Positions 27,758 through 41,288 of a stretch of DNA of 60,498 nucleotides are shown one piece after another. Below the pieces are notes generated by a model, which worked only from the letters and a program-made list of their open reading frames with translations, did not search any database and was not told where the DNA came from. The DNA is from Candidatus Protoclostridium stercorigallinarum (GTDB lineage Bacteria; Bacillota; Clostridia; Christensenellales; Pumilibacteraceae), in NCBI GenBank assembly GCA_019113275.1, contig DXHS01000069.1, forward strand, positions 1 to 60,498, written 5' to 3'. Numbering within the stretch: position 1 is the first letter of the stretch; each line of letters opens with the position of its first letter. Both the position numbers and the translations under genes were made by a program.

Positions 27758-28696
27758 ATGATGGACAAGCACGGAAAAGACAAGATCAATTTTCACGAAG
27801 GGCACCGCGAACGCGTTAGAAAACGCCTGCTCGCCGATCCCGACATGAAAACTTTCTCGCCGCATGAAGTGCTCGAATATCTGCTTTTCTACGGCGTTCA
27901 GCGCAAGGATACCAATGAACTCGCGCATAAACTGATACGCTCGTTCGGCTCGCTCGCCGCCGTGTTCGACGCGGATATAGAAGAGCTCATCGCTTTTCCC
28001 GAGCTGCCCGAACGCGCCGCTTACCTCATAAAATCCGTACTGCCTATAACCGAAGCGTATCTCAAAGACAGTAAAAACGAAACTGCGGTGCTCAATACGT
28101 ATTCGGACGTAATGAGCTACTGCAACAATTCGTCCGTAACATCCGGTCACAAAACGGAGCAGGTGAGCGCTATATTCACGGATATCAACGGACGAGTGCG
28201 CAATTTCGCTCAAATAAACGGCGGCGGCAATTCAAGTACTACGATAGACATCCCGAAGCTGTATCGTCTTGCCTCCGCGTGCAAAGCGTCCAAAGTCATC
28301 ATCTTCCACAATCATCCGGGTGATAACATGTATCCTTCGGCAAACGACCTCTTCACTACGAGCACGATCATAATAACGCTCGCTTCGCTGAACATCATCG
28401 TTGCCGACCACATCATCCGCGGACATGCAGGTAAATACTTCAGCTTTTTCTGCAACGACATCCTCGACGATCTCGTCGAAGCCTGCGCGCCCTTCATAAA
28501 CACCGACAGATACAAGTACGACCTGAAACCGCTCGTCAACGACGACGCCAGCCATAACGTCATACTTTCGGAAAAGGACGTCGCAGAACTCAAAAAACAG
28601 ATACGAGAGATGTTCGACAGCGATAAGATGCGCGCATATCTCGATAATGCGATTAAGCATCTCGAACTTGCCAAAAAGAAGGACAAAGGAAAATAA
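27758..28696 (+). CDS. radC: RadC-family JAB/MPN domain protein with C-terminal extension
   Basis: GGAGG RBS. HhH-like N-terminus. FHNHPGDNMYPSANDL JAMM-type motif. Extra C-terminal region of about 90 aa. The track ORF 27575 is an upstream extension. Confidence 0.85.
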   Translation: MMDKHGKDKINFHEGHRERVRKRLLADPDMKTFSPHEVLEYLLFYGVQRKDTNELAHKLIRSFGSLAAVFDADIEELIAFPELPERAAYLIKSVLPITEAYLKDSKNETAVLNTYSDVMSYCNNSSVTSGHKTEQVSAIFTDINGRVRNFAQINGGGNSSTTIDIPKLYRLASACKASKVIIFHNHPGDNMYPSANDLFTTSTIIITLASLNIIVADHIIRGHAGKYFSFFCNDILDDLVEACAPFINTDRYKYDLKPLVNDDASHNVILSEKDVAELKKQIREMFDSDKMRAYLDNAIKHLELAKKKDKGK

Positions 28697-28710
28697 AACG
28701 AAGATACGAT

Positions 28711-28739
28711 AAGCGCCCCGCGAAAACCGCGAGGCGCTT
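28711..28739. terminator. Bidirectional terminator hairpin
   Basis: AAGCGCCCCGCG / CGCGAGGCGCTT between convergent radC and argH. Confidence 0.65.
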
Positions 28740-28745
28740 GTTGTT

Positions 28746-30119
28746 TCATATATTCTGCTTCAATTTCTTGCGAAGCGTTTTCAGCTCGTCGGTCATGGCT
28801 TCGCGGGAAGGCGAACCCGGAGCTTTTCTTCGTCCGACAGCCGTCTCGGCGCATATCGCGTCGTATATACCCTCGTCGAAATCGCCGAATTTGCGGTATT
28901 CGTCCAAAGAGAGCGATTGCAGAGTCTTGCCGTTTTCTATGCAATAAACGACAAGCCTGCCGACCACCGCATGCGCGTCGCGGAAGGGAACGCCTCTTCC
29001 CACGAGATAATCGGCACACTCGGTCGCGCTCGTAAAGCCGCCGTCCGTACACTCGCGCAGGCGCTTAACGTTGAACTTGGCTTCCTTCATAAGTCCTTCA
29101 AACACGACAAGGCTGGCACGCAATGTATCGTATGCGTCAAAAACGCATTCCTTATCTTCCTGCATATCCTTGTCGTAAGCGAGCGGGATACCCTTCATCA
29201 CGGTAAGAAGCGTCGTGAGATCGCCGTAAACGCGTCCCGTTTTGCCGCGGATAAGCTCGTTCATGTCCGGATTCTTTTTCTGCGGCATGATGCTCGAACC
29301 AGTGGAATAACCGTCGCTGAGTTCGATGTACTTATAATCGTCCGACGACCAGATTATTATCTCTTCGGACAGCCGCGAAAGGTGCATCATCGCCACCGCA
29401 CACGAATAGAGGAAATCGAGCACGAAATCCCTGTCGCTGACCGCGTCCATGGAATTGGGCGTCACGGCAGGGAAGCCGAGCAGCTCGGCAACGCGGTATC
29501 TGTTTATCGGATAAGGCGTGGAAGTGCATGCGCCACTGCCGAGCGGCATTACGTCAGTGCGTTCCTTCGTCTCCTCGAAGCGGGATATATCGCGGCAAAG
29601 CATTTCCGAATATGCGGCAAGGTGATGAGCAAGCGTCGTAGGCTGCGCTTTCTGCAGGTGAGTGAACGCAGGCATCACGGTATCGATATTCTTCTCCGCG
29701 ATATCCGTCAGTGTGAGTGCGAATTTTTTCAGCAGAGAAATGATATCGTCCGCCGCGTCACGGAGATACAGACGTATATCGAGCGCGACCTGATCGTTGC
29801 GCGATCTGCCCGTATGGAGCTTTTTGCCCGTAGCGCCTATACGCGAAACGAGCTCGTTCTCCACAAAGGAATGGATATCCTCGGCATCCTTGATCTCGCA
29901 TTTTCCGCTTTCGATATCCGCCAGGATCGCATCCAAAGTCTTTACTATGAGCACGGCTTCATCCGAAGGGATTATACCGCACTCTCCGAGCATCGTACAA
30001 TGCGCTTTACTGCCCTCGATGTCGCAACGATACAGGCGTTTGTCAAAGGACAGCGAACTGTTGAAACTGTCCGCTGCCTTGTTTACTTCGTGTTGAAATC
30101 TGCCGTACCAGAGTTTCAT
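28746..30119 (-). CDS. argH: Argininosuccinate lyase
   Basis: MKLWYGRF.., lyase signature [12 protein letters not shown]. Confidence 0.97.
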   Translation of the reverse strand: MKLWYGRFQHEVNKAADSFNSSLSFDKRLYRCDIEGSKAHCTMLGECGIIPSDEAVLIVKTLDAILADIESGKCEIKDAEDIHSFVENELVSRIGATGKKLHTGRSRNDQVALDIRLYLRDAADDIISLLKKFALTLTDIAEKNIDTVMPAFTHLQKAQPTTLAHHLAAYSEMLCRDISRFEETKERTDVMPLGSGACTSTPYPINRYRVAELLGFPAVTPNSMDAVSDRDFVLDFLYSCAVAMMHLSRLSEEIIIWSSDDYKYIELSDGYSTGSSIMPQKKNPDMNELIRGKTGRVYGDLTTLLTVMKGIPLAYDKDMQEDKECVFDAYDTLRASLVVFEGLMKEAKFNVKRLRECTDGGFTSATECADYLVGRGVPFRDAHAVVGRLVVYCIENGKTLQSLSLDEYRKFGDFDEGIYDAICAETAVGRRKAPGSPSREAMTDELKTLRKKLKQNI

Positions 30120-31342
30120 TTCTTATTCTTGCCCTCGAGGCTCTGCATCTTGAGCCCGCGCACTTTGCTGGAAAGCCCGAACAGAGTGATAAAGCCGCTC
30201 GCATCGTGGTGATCGTACAGATCTCCCGTAGTAAAGCTTGCCAGAGATTCGTTATAGAGAGAGTAGGGAGAGGTCGTACCCGCGCGGATGATGTTGCCTT
30301 TATACAGCTTCATCTTCGCTTCGCCGGTGACATACTTCTGCGTGGAATCCACGAACGCGCAAAGCGCTTCGCGGAGGGGGGTGAACCACTTTCCTTCGTA
30401 TACTACGGAAGCGAGCTTGTTCCCGATATTCTTCTTGTACTCCATCGTCTCTCTGTCGAGGATGAGTTCTTCGAGCTGGTCGTGAGCTTCCATGAGTATC
30501 GTGCCGCCGGGAGTCTCGTAAACGCCGCGCGACTTCATGCCGACGACGCGGTTCTCGACGATATCCACGATACCTATGCCGTTTTTACCGCCGAGCTCGT
30601 TGAGCTCGGTTATGATCTCGCTGACTTTCATCTTCCTGCCGTTGAGCGCAACGGGCGTACCCGACTCGAAGGTTATGCTGACTTCCGTCTCTTTATCGGG
30701 CGCTTTTTCGGGCGTCACGCCGAGAACGAGAAGATGCTCGTAATTGGGCTCGTTGGCGGGATCTTCGAGCTCGAGACCTTCATGACTTATATGCCAGATG
30801 TTGCGGTCGCGGCTGTAAGAAGAATCGGCGGAAAAGGGAAGATGTATACCGTGCTTGCGGCAATATTCGATCTCCTCTTCGCGGGAATTCATGTTCCACT
30901 TATCGCTTCTCCACGCGGCGATTATCTTCAGGTCGGGAGCGAGCGCCTTGATACCGAGCTCGAAACGGATCTGATCGTTGCCTTTGCCGGTAGCTCCGTG
31001 GCAGATAGCGACGGCGCCTTCTTTACGGGCGATCTCCACGAGTTTTTTCGCGATAAGAGGACGCGCCATCGATGTACCGAGAAGATATTTATTCTCATAG
31101 ACCGCGCCCGCCTTCACGCAGGGCATAATGTAATCTTCGCAAAGCTCGTCCACGACGTTGACGATATAGCACTTGCTCGCGCCCGTGGATATCGCGCGCT
31201 GCTCGAGCCCGTCGAGCTCTTCCGCCTGACCGCAGTCGATGCAGGCGCAGATCACGTCGTAATCGTAATTCTCTTTGAGCCACGGGATGATAGCCGTGGT
31301 ATCCAGTCCGCCCGAATAGGCAAGAACGATCTTCTCTTTCAT
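30116..31342 (-). CDS. argG: Argininosuccinate synthase
   Basis: AAAGGAG RBS before the second Met. [16 protein letters not shown]. Confidence 0.97.
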   Translation of the reverse strand: MKEKIVLAYSGGLDTTAIIPWLKENYDYDVICACIDCGQAEELDGLEQRAISTGASKCYIVNVVDELCEDYIMPCVKAGAVYENKYLLGTSMARPLIAKKLVEIARKEGAVAICHGATGKGNDQIRFELGIKALAPDLKIIAAWRSDKWNMNSREEEIEYCRKHGIHLPFSADSSYSRDRNIWHISHEGLELEDPANEPNYEHLLVLGVTPEKAPDKETEVSITFESGTPVALNGRKMKVSEIITELNELGGKNGIGIVDIVENRVVGMKSRGVYETPGGTILMEAHDQLEELILDRETMEYKKNIGNKLASVVYEGKWFTPLREALCAFVDSTQKYVTGEAKMKLYKGNIIRAGTTSPYSLYNESLASFTTGDLYDHHDASGFITLFGLSSKVRGLKMQSLEGKNKK

Positions 31343-31491
31343 ATGCACTCCTTTCAAATGTCAATCACTTGACTTTTCGTTGCGTTTTATTATATTATAT
31401 TACGGTGAACGGAGAGCTTCCGACTGCCCGCCGACGACCGAGTATAATTATACTACGTATTGCATAAATAATCAACTGTTTGGAGTGTATT

Positions 31492-31983
31492 TTGATAATT
31501 TTGGGAGTGGATCCCGGATATGCCACGATAGGTTACGGGGTCGTCGAAAAAACGAATAAAGGGCTTGCCGCGGTGGATTACGGCGTGATAAAAACCCCGC
31601 CCGACGAAATGATAGCCGTGCGCCTCGCAATGATCGACGAAGCGATGACTTCCATCATGAACAAATTCGCTCCCGACTGCGTTTCGGTGGAAGAACTGTT
31701 CTTCAACACCAATATCACTACGGGCATAAAAGTGGCTCATGCAAGGGGAGTGATACTCCTTAATGCCGTAAAAAGATGCGGTAAACTTTACGAATATACT
31801 CCGCTGCAGATCAAGCAGGCGCTCACGGGCAACGGCAGAGCGGACAAGCACCAGATGCAATACATGGTAAGAATGGTACTGCACCTCGCTTCCGTTCCGA
31901 AGCCGGACGACGCGGCAGACGCGCTTGCCGCGGCGATATGCCACGCAAACATGAGCGGCGCAAGCGAAAGAGAGGTCAAGTGA
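31492..31983 (+). CDS. ruvC: Crossover junction endodeoxyribonuclease RuvC
   Basis: TTG 31492, 6 nt after GGAG. (M)IILGVDPGYATIGYG. Confidence 0.92.
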   Translation: MIILGVDPGYATIGYGVVEKTNKGLAAVDYGVIKTPPDEMIAVRLAMIDEAMTSIMNKFAPDCVSVEELFFNTNITTGIKVAHARGVILLNAVKRCGKLYEYTPLQIKQALTGNGRADKHQMQYMVRMVLHLASVPKPDDAADALAAAICHANMSGASEREVK

Positions 31984-32561
31984 TGTACGCTTACATAAAG
32001 GGACGAATAACGGACATGAGTGAATCGGCTGCGATCATCGAAACGGGCGGCGTAGGTTACGAAGTCGCCGTTTCGGCGTATACGTTATCCCGCATTTCCG
32101 TCGGTAACGATACCGTTCTTTACACATACATGTCGGTCAGCGAAAACGGGATAGGGCTGTACGGATTCTGCACGAGGGAAGAAAGAGCGCTTTTCCTGAA
32201 GCTGATAAACATCAGCGGTATAGGTCCCAAGGGCGCAGTCGCGATACTCGGCGGGATGAGTCCCGCAGATCTCGGCGCGGCGATCGCGTCGGGCAACGCA
32301 GCCGCGCTCAGCAGCATAAAAGGCGTCGGTAAAAAGACGGCGGAACGCATCATCATGGAACTCAAAGACAAAATGAGCGCGGAGTTTTCCGCCGTGCCCG
32401 CAGCAGCGCAAACGACGCTCGAAGGCGAAGCAAAAGAAGCCGCGGAAGTACTCGTCGCGCTCGGATATAAGCCCGATGCCGCCGAACGTGCAGTCGCGGT
32501 CGCATATAAAGACGGTATGACGGTCAACCAGATCGTACATAAAGCTATCGGCGGTAAATGA
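31983..32561 (+). CDS. ruvA: Holliday junction branch migration complex subunit RuvA
   Basis: MYAYIKGRI.., HhH GIGPKGA, IKGVGKKTAERI. Confidence 0.95.
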   Translation: MYAYIKGRITDMSESAAIIETGGVGYEVAVSAYTLSRISVGNDTVLYTYMSVSENGIGLYGFCTREERALFLKLINISGIGPKGAVAILGGMSPADLGAAIASGNAAALSSIKGVGKKTAERIIMELKDKMSAEFSAVPAAAQTTLEGEAKEAAEVLVALGYKPDAAERAVAVAYKDGMTVNQIVHKAIGGK

Positions 32562-33571
32562 GAATGGACGGAGAAAGATTCATAACAAGCACAAAAATAC
32601 AACTGGACAACGAGCTCGATCTCACGCTCCGCCCCAGATCGCTCGCCGAGTATATCGGGCAGGAAAAGGTAAAACAAAACCTTTCTGTATACATCGACGC
32701 GGCGAGAGGGCGCGGAGAGTGTCTCGACCACGTTCTACTGTACGGTCCTCCCGGACTGGGAAAAACCACGATAGCGCATATCATAGCAAACGAAATGGGC
32801 GCGGATATCAAAGTCGTCAGCGGTCCCGCACTCAGTTCCATGCTCGATATAGTTTCCATACTCACGGGCATAGAAGAAGGCGATATACTGTTTATCGACG
32901 AGATCCATCGCATAAACAAAACGGTGGAAGAAGCGCTGTACTCGGCGATGGAGGACTTCACTCTCGATATCGTACAGGGCAAAGGACCCGGCGCGCGCAC
33001 CATAAAGCTGCCCATCAACAGATTTACTCTCGTGGGTGCGACCACGCGCACGGGCATGCTTACCGGTCCCATGCGCGACCGCTTCGGCGTCATATGCCGT
33101 CTGGAGATATATTCGAAAGAAGAGCTGGCTACGATCATAAGACGCTCTGCGGGGATACTCAAAGTACATATAGACAACGACGCCTGCGAAGAACTCGCCG
33201 TGCGTTCGCGCGGTACGCCGCGTATCGCCAACCGCATGCTCAAACGAGTAAGGGACTTCGCCCAAGTACTCGGCGACGGCAATATCACGCTGGACATAAC
33301 GGACAAGGCACTCGACATGATAGGCGTGGACAAAGTAGGCTTGGACGAAAACGACCGCACCGTGCTCGAAGCGCTCACCGTGAAATTCAAAGGACGACCC
33401 GTGGGACTGGATACGCTTTCGGCGGCGACCAACGAAGACGCAGGCACGATAGAGGACGTCATCGAGCCGTATCTCATACAGCTCGGCTTTATATCGCGCA
33501 CACCGCGCGGCAGGATGGCGATGCCTCTCGCATACGAACATCTCGGACTGACGCCGCCCGAAGAAAAGTGA
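32558..33571 (+). CDS. ruvB: Holliday junction branch migration DNA helicase RuvB
   Basis: LRPRSL.EYIGQE, GPPGLGKTT, FIDEIHR. Confidence 0.97.
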   Translation: MRMDGERFITSTKIQLDNELDLTLRPRSLAEYIGQEKVKQNLSVYIDAARGRGECLDHVLLYGPPGLGKTTIAHIIANEMGADIKVVSGPALSSMLDIVSILTGIEEGDILFIDEIHRINKTVEEALYSAMEDFTLDIVQGKGPGARTIKLPINRFTLVGATTRTGMLTGPMRDRFGVICRLEIYSKEELATIIRRSAGILKVHIDNDACEELAVRSRGTPRIANRMLKRVRDFAQVLGDGNITLDITDKALDMIGVDKVGLDENDRTVLEALTVKFKGRPVGLDTLSAATNEDAGTIEDVIEPYLIQLGFISRTPRGRMAMPLAYEHLGLTPPEEK

Positions 33572-33578
33572 GGCTGAT

Positions 33579-36900
<3,322 letters not shown>

Positions 36901-36908
36901 CAAGACAA

Positions 36909-38072
36909 ATGGACAGAGTGATAATACTCAGATACAGCGAGATACACTTAAAGGGCAAAAACCGCGCGTTTTTCGAAAATATACTCAAACGCAACATCAT
37001 CGAAAAACTTAAAGGCATTAACTGCCGCACCGAATTCTACTACGGCCGATACATCGTAAGCGATTACGACGCAGAAAGCGAGCGCGAGATCGTCTCACGC
37101 TTAAAAACCGTCTTCGGACTTTACAGTCTGAGCGCAGGACTGCGGACGGGCGCGGATACGGACGGAATAGCCGAAGCCGCTGCATCGATATGCAAAAGCA
37201 AAGGAAGTTTCCGCGTGACCGCCAGCCGCGCGGATAAAACGCTGCCGTACACATCCGTACAGCTTGCCACCGAGATAGGCGGCAGAATGCTCGAACTGCA
37301 TCCCGGTCTTACCGTCGATCTGCACACGCCCGACTTCACCATATTCATCGACGTGCGCGACCATGCCACCGCTTATGTTTACGGCGAAAGCGTATTGTGC
37401 GCAGGCGGGATGCCCGTCGGCAGCGCGGGAAAAGGGCTCAGTCTTCTCTCGGGCGGCATAGACAGTCCGGTATCCACTTACATGATGGCGAAACGCGGGC
37501 TGAAACTTACCGAACTGCATTTCTGGTCGTATCCGTACACGAGCCTCGAAGCAAAGGAAAAGGTGATAGAACTTGCCCGTATCCTGCACAAATTCACCGG
37601 CGATACTCAGCTCGTTATCATACCGTTCACCAAAGTACAGGAAGCGATACACAAATACGCCGAGCCCAATTACATGATAACCCTCGTGCGGCGCGCCATG
37701 ATGCGCATAGCCGAACGCATTGCGGAAAAATTCGGCTGCGGCTGCATAATCAACGGCGAAGATCTCGGTCAGGTAGCGAGCCAGACGCTCGAAAGTATCA
37801 CGGTCACCAATTCTGTGATAAAACGTCTTCCGGTATTCCGTCCGCTGATAGGTTTCGATAAAAGCGAAATCGTGGAACGCTCAAAAGCGATAGGCACTTA
37901 CGAAACGTCCATCAAACCGTATGAAGACTGCTGTACGGTCTTTCTTCCCGAAAGCCCCGCGACAAAGCCCACTCTGCGCCGCAGCGAGCTCAGCGAAAGC
38001 AAGATATCGGACTACGAAGAACTTATCTCAGAAGCCGTCGACAATGCGGAAATTATCCCCGTCACCGAGTGA
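36909..38072 (+). CDS. thiI: tRNA 4-thiouridine synthase ThiI
   Basis: ILRYSEIHLKGKNR, PP-loop LLSGGIDSPV. The track ORF 36483 is an upstream extension. Confidence 0.95.
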   Translation: MDRVIILRYSEIHLKGKNRAFFENILKRNIIEKLKGINCRTEFYYGRYIVSDYDAESEREIVSRLKTVFGLYSLSAGLRTGADTDGIAEAAASICKSKGSFRVTASRADKTLPYTSVQLATEIGGRMLELHPGLTVDLHTPDFTIFIDVRDHATAYVYGESVLCAGGMPVGSAGKGLSLLSGGIDSPVSTYMMAKRGLKLTELHFWSYPYTSLEAKEKVIELARILHKFTGDTQLVIIPFTKVQEAIHKYAEPNYMITLVRRAMMRIAERIAEKFGCGCIINGEDLGQVASQTLESITVTNSVIKRLPVFRPLIGFDKSEIVERSKAIGTYETSIKPYEDCCTVFLPESPATKPTLRRSELSESKISDYEELISEAVDNAEIIPVTE

Positions 38073-39887
38073 TATATCTCCGGACGATCGACCACCGGGC
38101 ATATTATACACGCTGAAAGGCGCGCATATACGTTCGCGCAGCGGCGTATCCGCGTCGGCGCGGACCACGCGATGAGCCGTGCGCAGCTCTTTCGCGTCTA
38201 TCTCAACATCAACTACCGTATCAGGTCTGACGAATGCTCCGCTGCTCATAGCGGGGCATTTGAACACTTCCGCGCATATCCCGGCGGGAAGAGTGCCTCC
38301 CGTAATACCGTCAGGCAACATACCGCCGTCCGCTCCCGCCCATACGGCTATGACATGGCGCGGAGTGTACGCGATACAATACGCGTCAGAATTTCCCGCC
38401 GCGCTTCCCACGGTACCCGTTTTTGCCGCAACGTTCGGAATGCCCGTAAGCGCCTTTGCCGTACCGCGCTCCGCGCATTCTTTGAGCATTTCCGTGATGA
38501 GATACGCGGTCTCCTTGCCGACGGCGCCGCCGCCTCCGCGGGCTATGCGGCAGTAAGCCCGCGCGAGCGACATGAGCTTTTCTCCGCGCAGGCTCGAGCC
38601 GAGCGCGAGGGCTAGCCCGTCGTCATCGTCGGACAGTTCGAGCCCGAACTCCCGCGCATACGACTTTGCGCGCTCCGTGCCCACCATGTCGAGCAGCTTT
38701 ACCGCAGGCTCGTTGAGCGACAGACAAAGGCTTTCCGTCGCCGTTACCCAGCCGCGGTATATCCCGCCGTAATTATGCGGACGGTATCCGCCGTGATCGG
38801 TCGGTTTATCGAGCAGGGGAGTGACGGGAGTTATGAGCCCGCTCTCGAGTGCGGGCGCGTAACACAGCAGCGGCTTGACAACGCTGCCCGCCTGACGGCG
38901 CGCCGACGAAATATCCGCATAAGTGTTCGCAGCCGCGGCAACGAGTTTTTCGGAGGCAACGTCCAGTACGATCGCGGATACCGTGACTTTATCCGAAGGT
39001 ACGGCGGCAGTCATCGCGCGTTCGAGAACGTCCTGCACGCACGGATCGTATGCCGTGTACGCGTCTCCGTCACTCTCGCCGAGAGCGTAATAAGCGAATA
39101 TCCCGCGAGCGACATCGGGAGCGGATATCGACGTCTTCGCCTCGGCTTCGGCGCGCATTTCCTCGGTGATATATCCGCACTTCACCATACGCGAAAGGAC
39201 CAGCCGTTTACGTCTTTCGGCTGCGGCGTTATGCGTTATCGGGTCGTAGGACGAAGGATCGTTTATGATCCCTGCAAGCATTGCGCTTTGACCTATATCC
39301 AACTCGCTCGCGTCCGTACCGAAGTATCTGCGTGCGGCGGCGGATATACCGTACGCGCCGCGACCGTAATAAATGTTGTCGAGATACAGCCCGAGTATCG
39401 TGCGCTTATCGAGATCTCTTTCCATCCTGCGCGCGAGCGCAAGCTCTTTTACCTTTCTCGAAAGCGTTTTATCCGGCTCCAGCCACAGGTTTTTCGCCAG
39501 CTGCTGAGTTACCGTCGAAGCTCCTTCGCTCGCGCTTGCCGTAAGGATGTCCTTTACCGCTGCGGCGGCTATCCGTCTGACGTCATAACCTTCATGCGAA
39601 TAGAAACGGGCGTCCTCGGCGGCGATAAAGGCGTTAAGCGTATGCTCCGGCAAACCGCCCGTCCCGGAAACGAATCTGCCGTACCCGTTCACCGCAAATA
39701 TCTCGCGACCGTCGGCGTCGTATACGCGGCGGACTGCAAGCGCTTTTTCCAGCGCCCCCGAACGATAAACATCCGTAAAAGCTCCCGTAAGCGGGTGAGT
39801 CACGACCGCTACGGTACCGCACACGGCAACGACGAAGCACAGCGCGGCAAGGGCTGTCGCCCGTATGATCTTTCTGACGGTCTCCAT
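38028..39887 (-). CDS. Class A penicillin-binding protein (glycosyltransferase plus transpeptidase)
   Basis: FIAAEDARFYSHEGYD, EGASTVTQQLAKN, N-terminal TM helix. The 3' end overlaps the thiI 3' end by 45 nt. Confidence 0.92.
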   Translation of the reverse strand: METVRKIIRATALAALCFVVAVCGTVAVVTHPLTGAFTDVYRSGALEKALAVRRVYDADGREIFAVNGYGRFVSGTGGLPEHTLNAFIAAEDARFYSHEGYDVRRIAAAAVKDILTASASEGASTVTQQLAKNLWLEPDKTLSRKVKELALARRMERDLDKRTILGLYLDNIYYGRGAYGISAAARRYFGTDASELDIGQSAMLAGIINDPSSYDPITHNAAAERRKRLVLSRMVKCGYITEEMRAEAEAKTSISAPDVARGIFAYYALGESDGDAYTAYDPCVQDVLERAMTAAVPSDKVTVSAIVLDVASEKLVAAAANTYADISSARRQAGSVVKPLLCYAPALESGLITPVTPLLDKPTDHGGYRPHNYGGIYRGWVTATESLCLSLNEPAVKLLDMVGTERAKSYAREFGLELSDDDDGLALALGSSLRGEKLMSLARAYCRIARGGGGAVGKETAYLITEMLKECAERGTAKALTGIPNVAAKTGTVGSAAGNSDAYCIAYTPRHVIAVWAGADGGMLPDGITGGTLPAGICAEVFKCPAMSSGAFVRPDTVVDVEIDAKELRTAHRVVRADADTPLRERICAPFSVYNMPGGRSSGDISLGDGDNFRIVDGF

Positions 39888-39894
39888 CGTTTAT

Positions 39895-39923
39895 ATTATA
39901 AATAGCGAGGCGCGGTTTCATAC
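39895..39923 (-). promoter_or_regulatory. Candidate promoter: TATAAT 7 nt upstream of the PBP ATG, poor -35
   Basis: Minus strand reads TATAAT-ATAAACG-ATG. No Shine-Dalgarno. The -35 region (GTATGA) is weak. Confidence 0.35.
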
Positions 39924-39952
39924 GGAGTATCGCTTCCGCGCCCGCGGTTTGC

Positions 39953-39981
39953 TTGCGTAAAACAAATAAATCTGCTATAAT
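39953..39981 (+). promoter_or_regulatory. sigmaA-type promoter TTGCGT-17-(TGc)TATAAT, 7 nt upstream of the miaB ATG
   Basis: Read directly. Extended -10 present. No Shine-Dalgarno between the -10 box and ATG 39989. Confidence 0.5.
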
Positions 39982-39988
39982 TATTCGG

Positions 39989-41287
39989 ATGGAACTCGTA
40001 TACATAAAAACATACGGCTGTCAGATGAACGTACACGAAACGGAAAAGATGTACGCCTCGTTTGCAAGCCGAGACATAGGCAAAGCGGAACGCGCGGAGG
40101 ACGCCGATATCATCATCCTAAACACATGCTGCGTACGCGAAGGCGCCGAAACAAGAGTGATCGGAAACCTCGGGCTCGTTAAGAAGCTAAAAGAAAACAA
40201 GCGCGGTCTTATCGTAGCCGTATGCGGCTGCATGACCCAGCAGCGAGCGGTCGCGGAAAAATTACATAAGCGCTGCCCGTTCGTGAACGTCATCACGGGG
40301 ACTTACAAACTCCCGCAGCTGCCCGATATGGTCGAGCGAGTGAAGAACGGGGAAAAATTCATACTCGACCTCGACAAGGACGAACGCGTACCCTGCGGCG
40401 TAAACGCAGCCATGCGCACGGACAAAGTGAGCGCATTCGTAAATATCATGTACGGGTGCGACAACTTCTGCACATACTGCATAGTCCCTTATGTAAAAGG
40501 GCACGAACGCAGCCGCAGATCGGCAGACATAATCCGCGAAGTGACGGAACTCGTCGAGCGCGGCTATAAGGAGATCACTCTGCTCGGGCAGAACGTGAAT
40601 TCGTACAACGACGGGGAAACGGATTTCGTAAAACTGTTGGACGAGCTTTCGCTCATCCCCGGCGATCATTGGATAAAATTCATGACCTCGCACCCGAAAG
40701 ACCTTTCGGACGACGTCATACGCCTGATAGCCGAGCGCCCGCGGCTCGCAAAATACATACACCTGCCGCTGCAGAGCGGCAGCGACAGGATACTTGCGCT
40801 CATGAACAGGAAATACGACATGGCGGCGTATATGCACAAAATAGAGTTCATACGCAAACTGATGCCGGACGCGGGATTGTCGAGCGACATAATCGTAGGA
40901 TTCCCCACCGAAACGGAAGAGGATCACCTGCTCACCGAAAAAGCGGTGAAGGACATCGGATACAACAACCTCTTCACGTTCATCTACTCCAAACGCACGG
41001 GCACGCCCGCAGCGACGATGGACGGTCAGGTACCCGAAGAGATAAAAAAAGAAAGGATCTCCCGCCTCATAGATCTGCAGGCGGATATAGCTTCCGCCCG
41101 CGCAGCCGCATGCGTGGGGAAAACCTGCCGCGTGCTTTGCGACGGCAGGGAAGGGAAAAAGCTCAAAGGCAAGACGAGCGCAGACAGAGTGATAGTTTTT
41201 GACGGAGATGCGGCTGTCGGAGAATTTGCGGATGTCCTCGTGACCTCGTCCAAAAACAGCAAACTTTACGGTAAGGCGGTGAAATAA
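39989..41287 (+). CDS. miaB: tRNA-2-methylthio-N6-dimethylallyladenosine synthase
   Basis: YIKTYGCQMN, radical SAM CDNFCTYCIVP, C-terminal TRAM domain. Confidence 0.95.
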   Translation: MELVYIKTYGCQMNVHETEKMYASFASRDIGKAERAEDADIIILNTCCVREGAETRVIGNLGLVKKLKENKRGLIVAVCGCMTQQRAVAEKLHKRCPFVNVITGTYKLPQLPDMVERVKNGEKFILDLDKDERVPCGVNAAMRTDKVSAFVNIMYGCDNFCTYCIVPYVKGHERSRRSADIIREVTELVERGYKEITLLGQNVNSYNDGETDFVKLLDELSLIPGDHWIKFMTSHPKDLSDDVIRLIAERPRLAKYIHLPLQSGSDRILALMNRKYDMAAYMHKIEFIRKLMPDAGLSSDIIVGFPTETEEDHLLTEKAVKDIGYNNLFTFIYSKRTGTPAATMDGQVPEEIKKERISRLIDLQADIASARAAACVGKTCRVLCDGREGKKLKGKTSADRVIVFDGDAAVGEFADVLVTSSKNSKLYGKAVK

Positions 41288-41288
41288 A

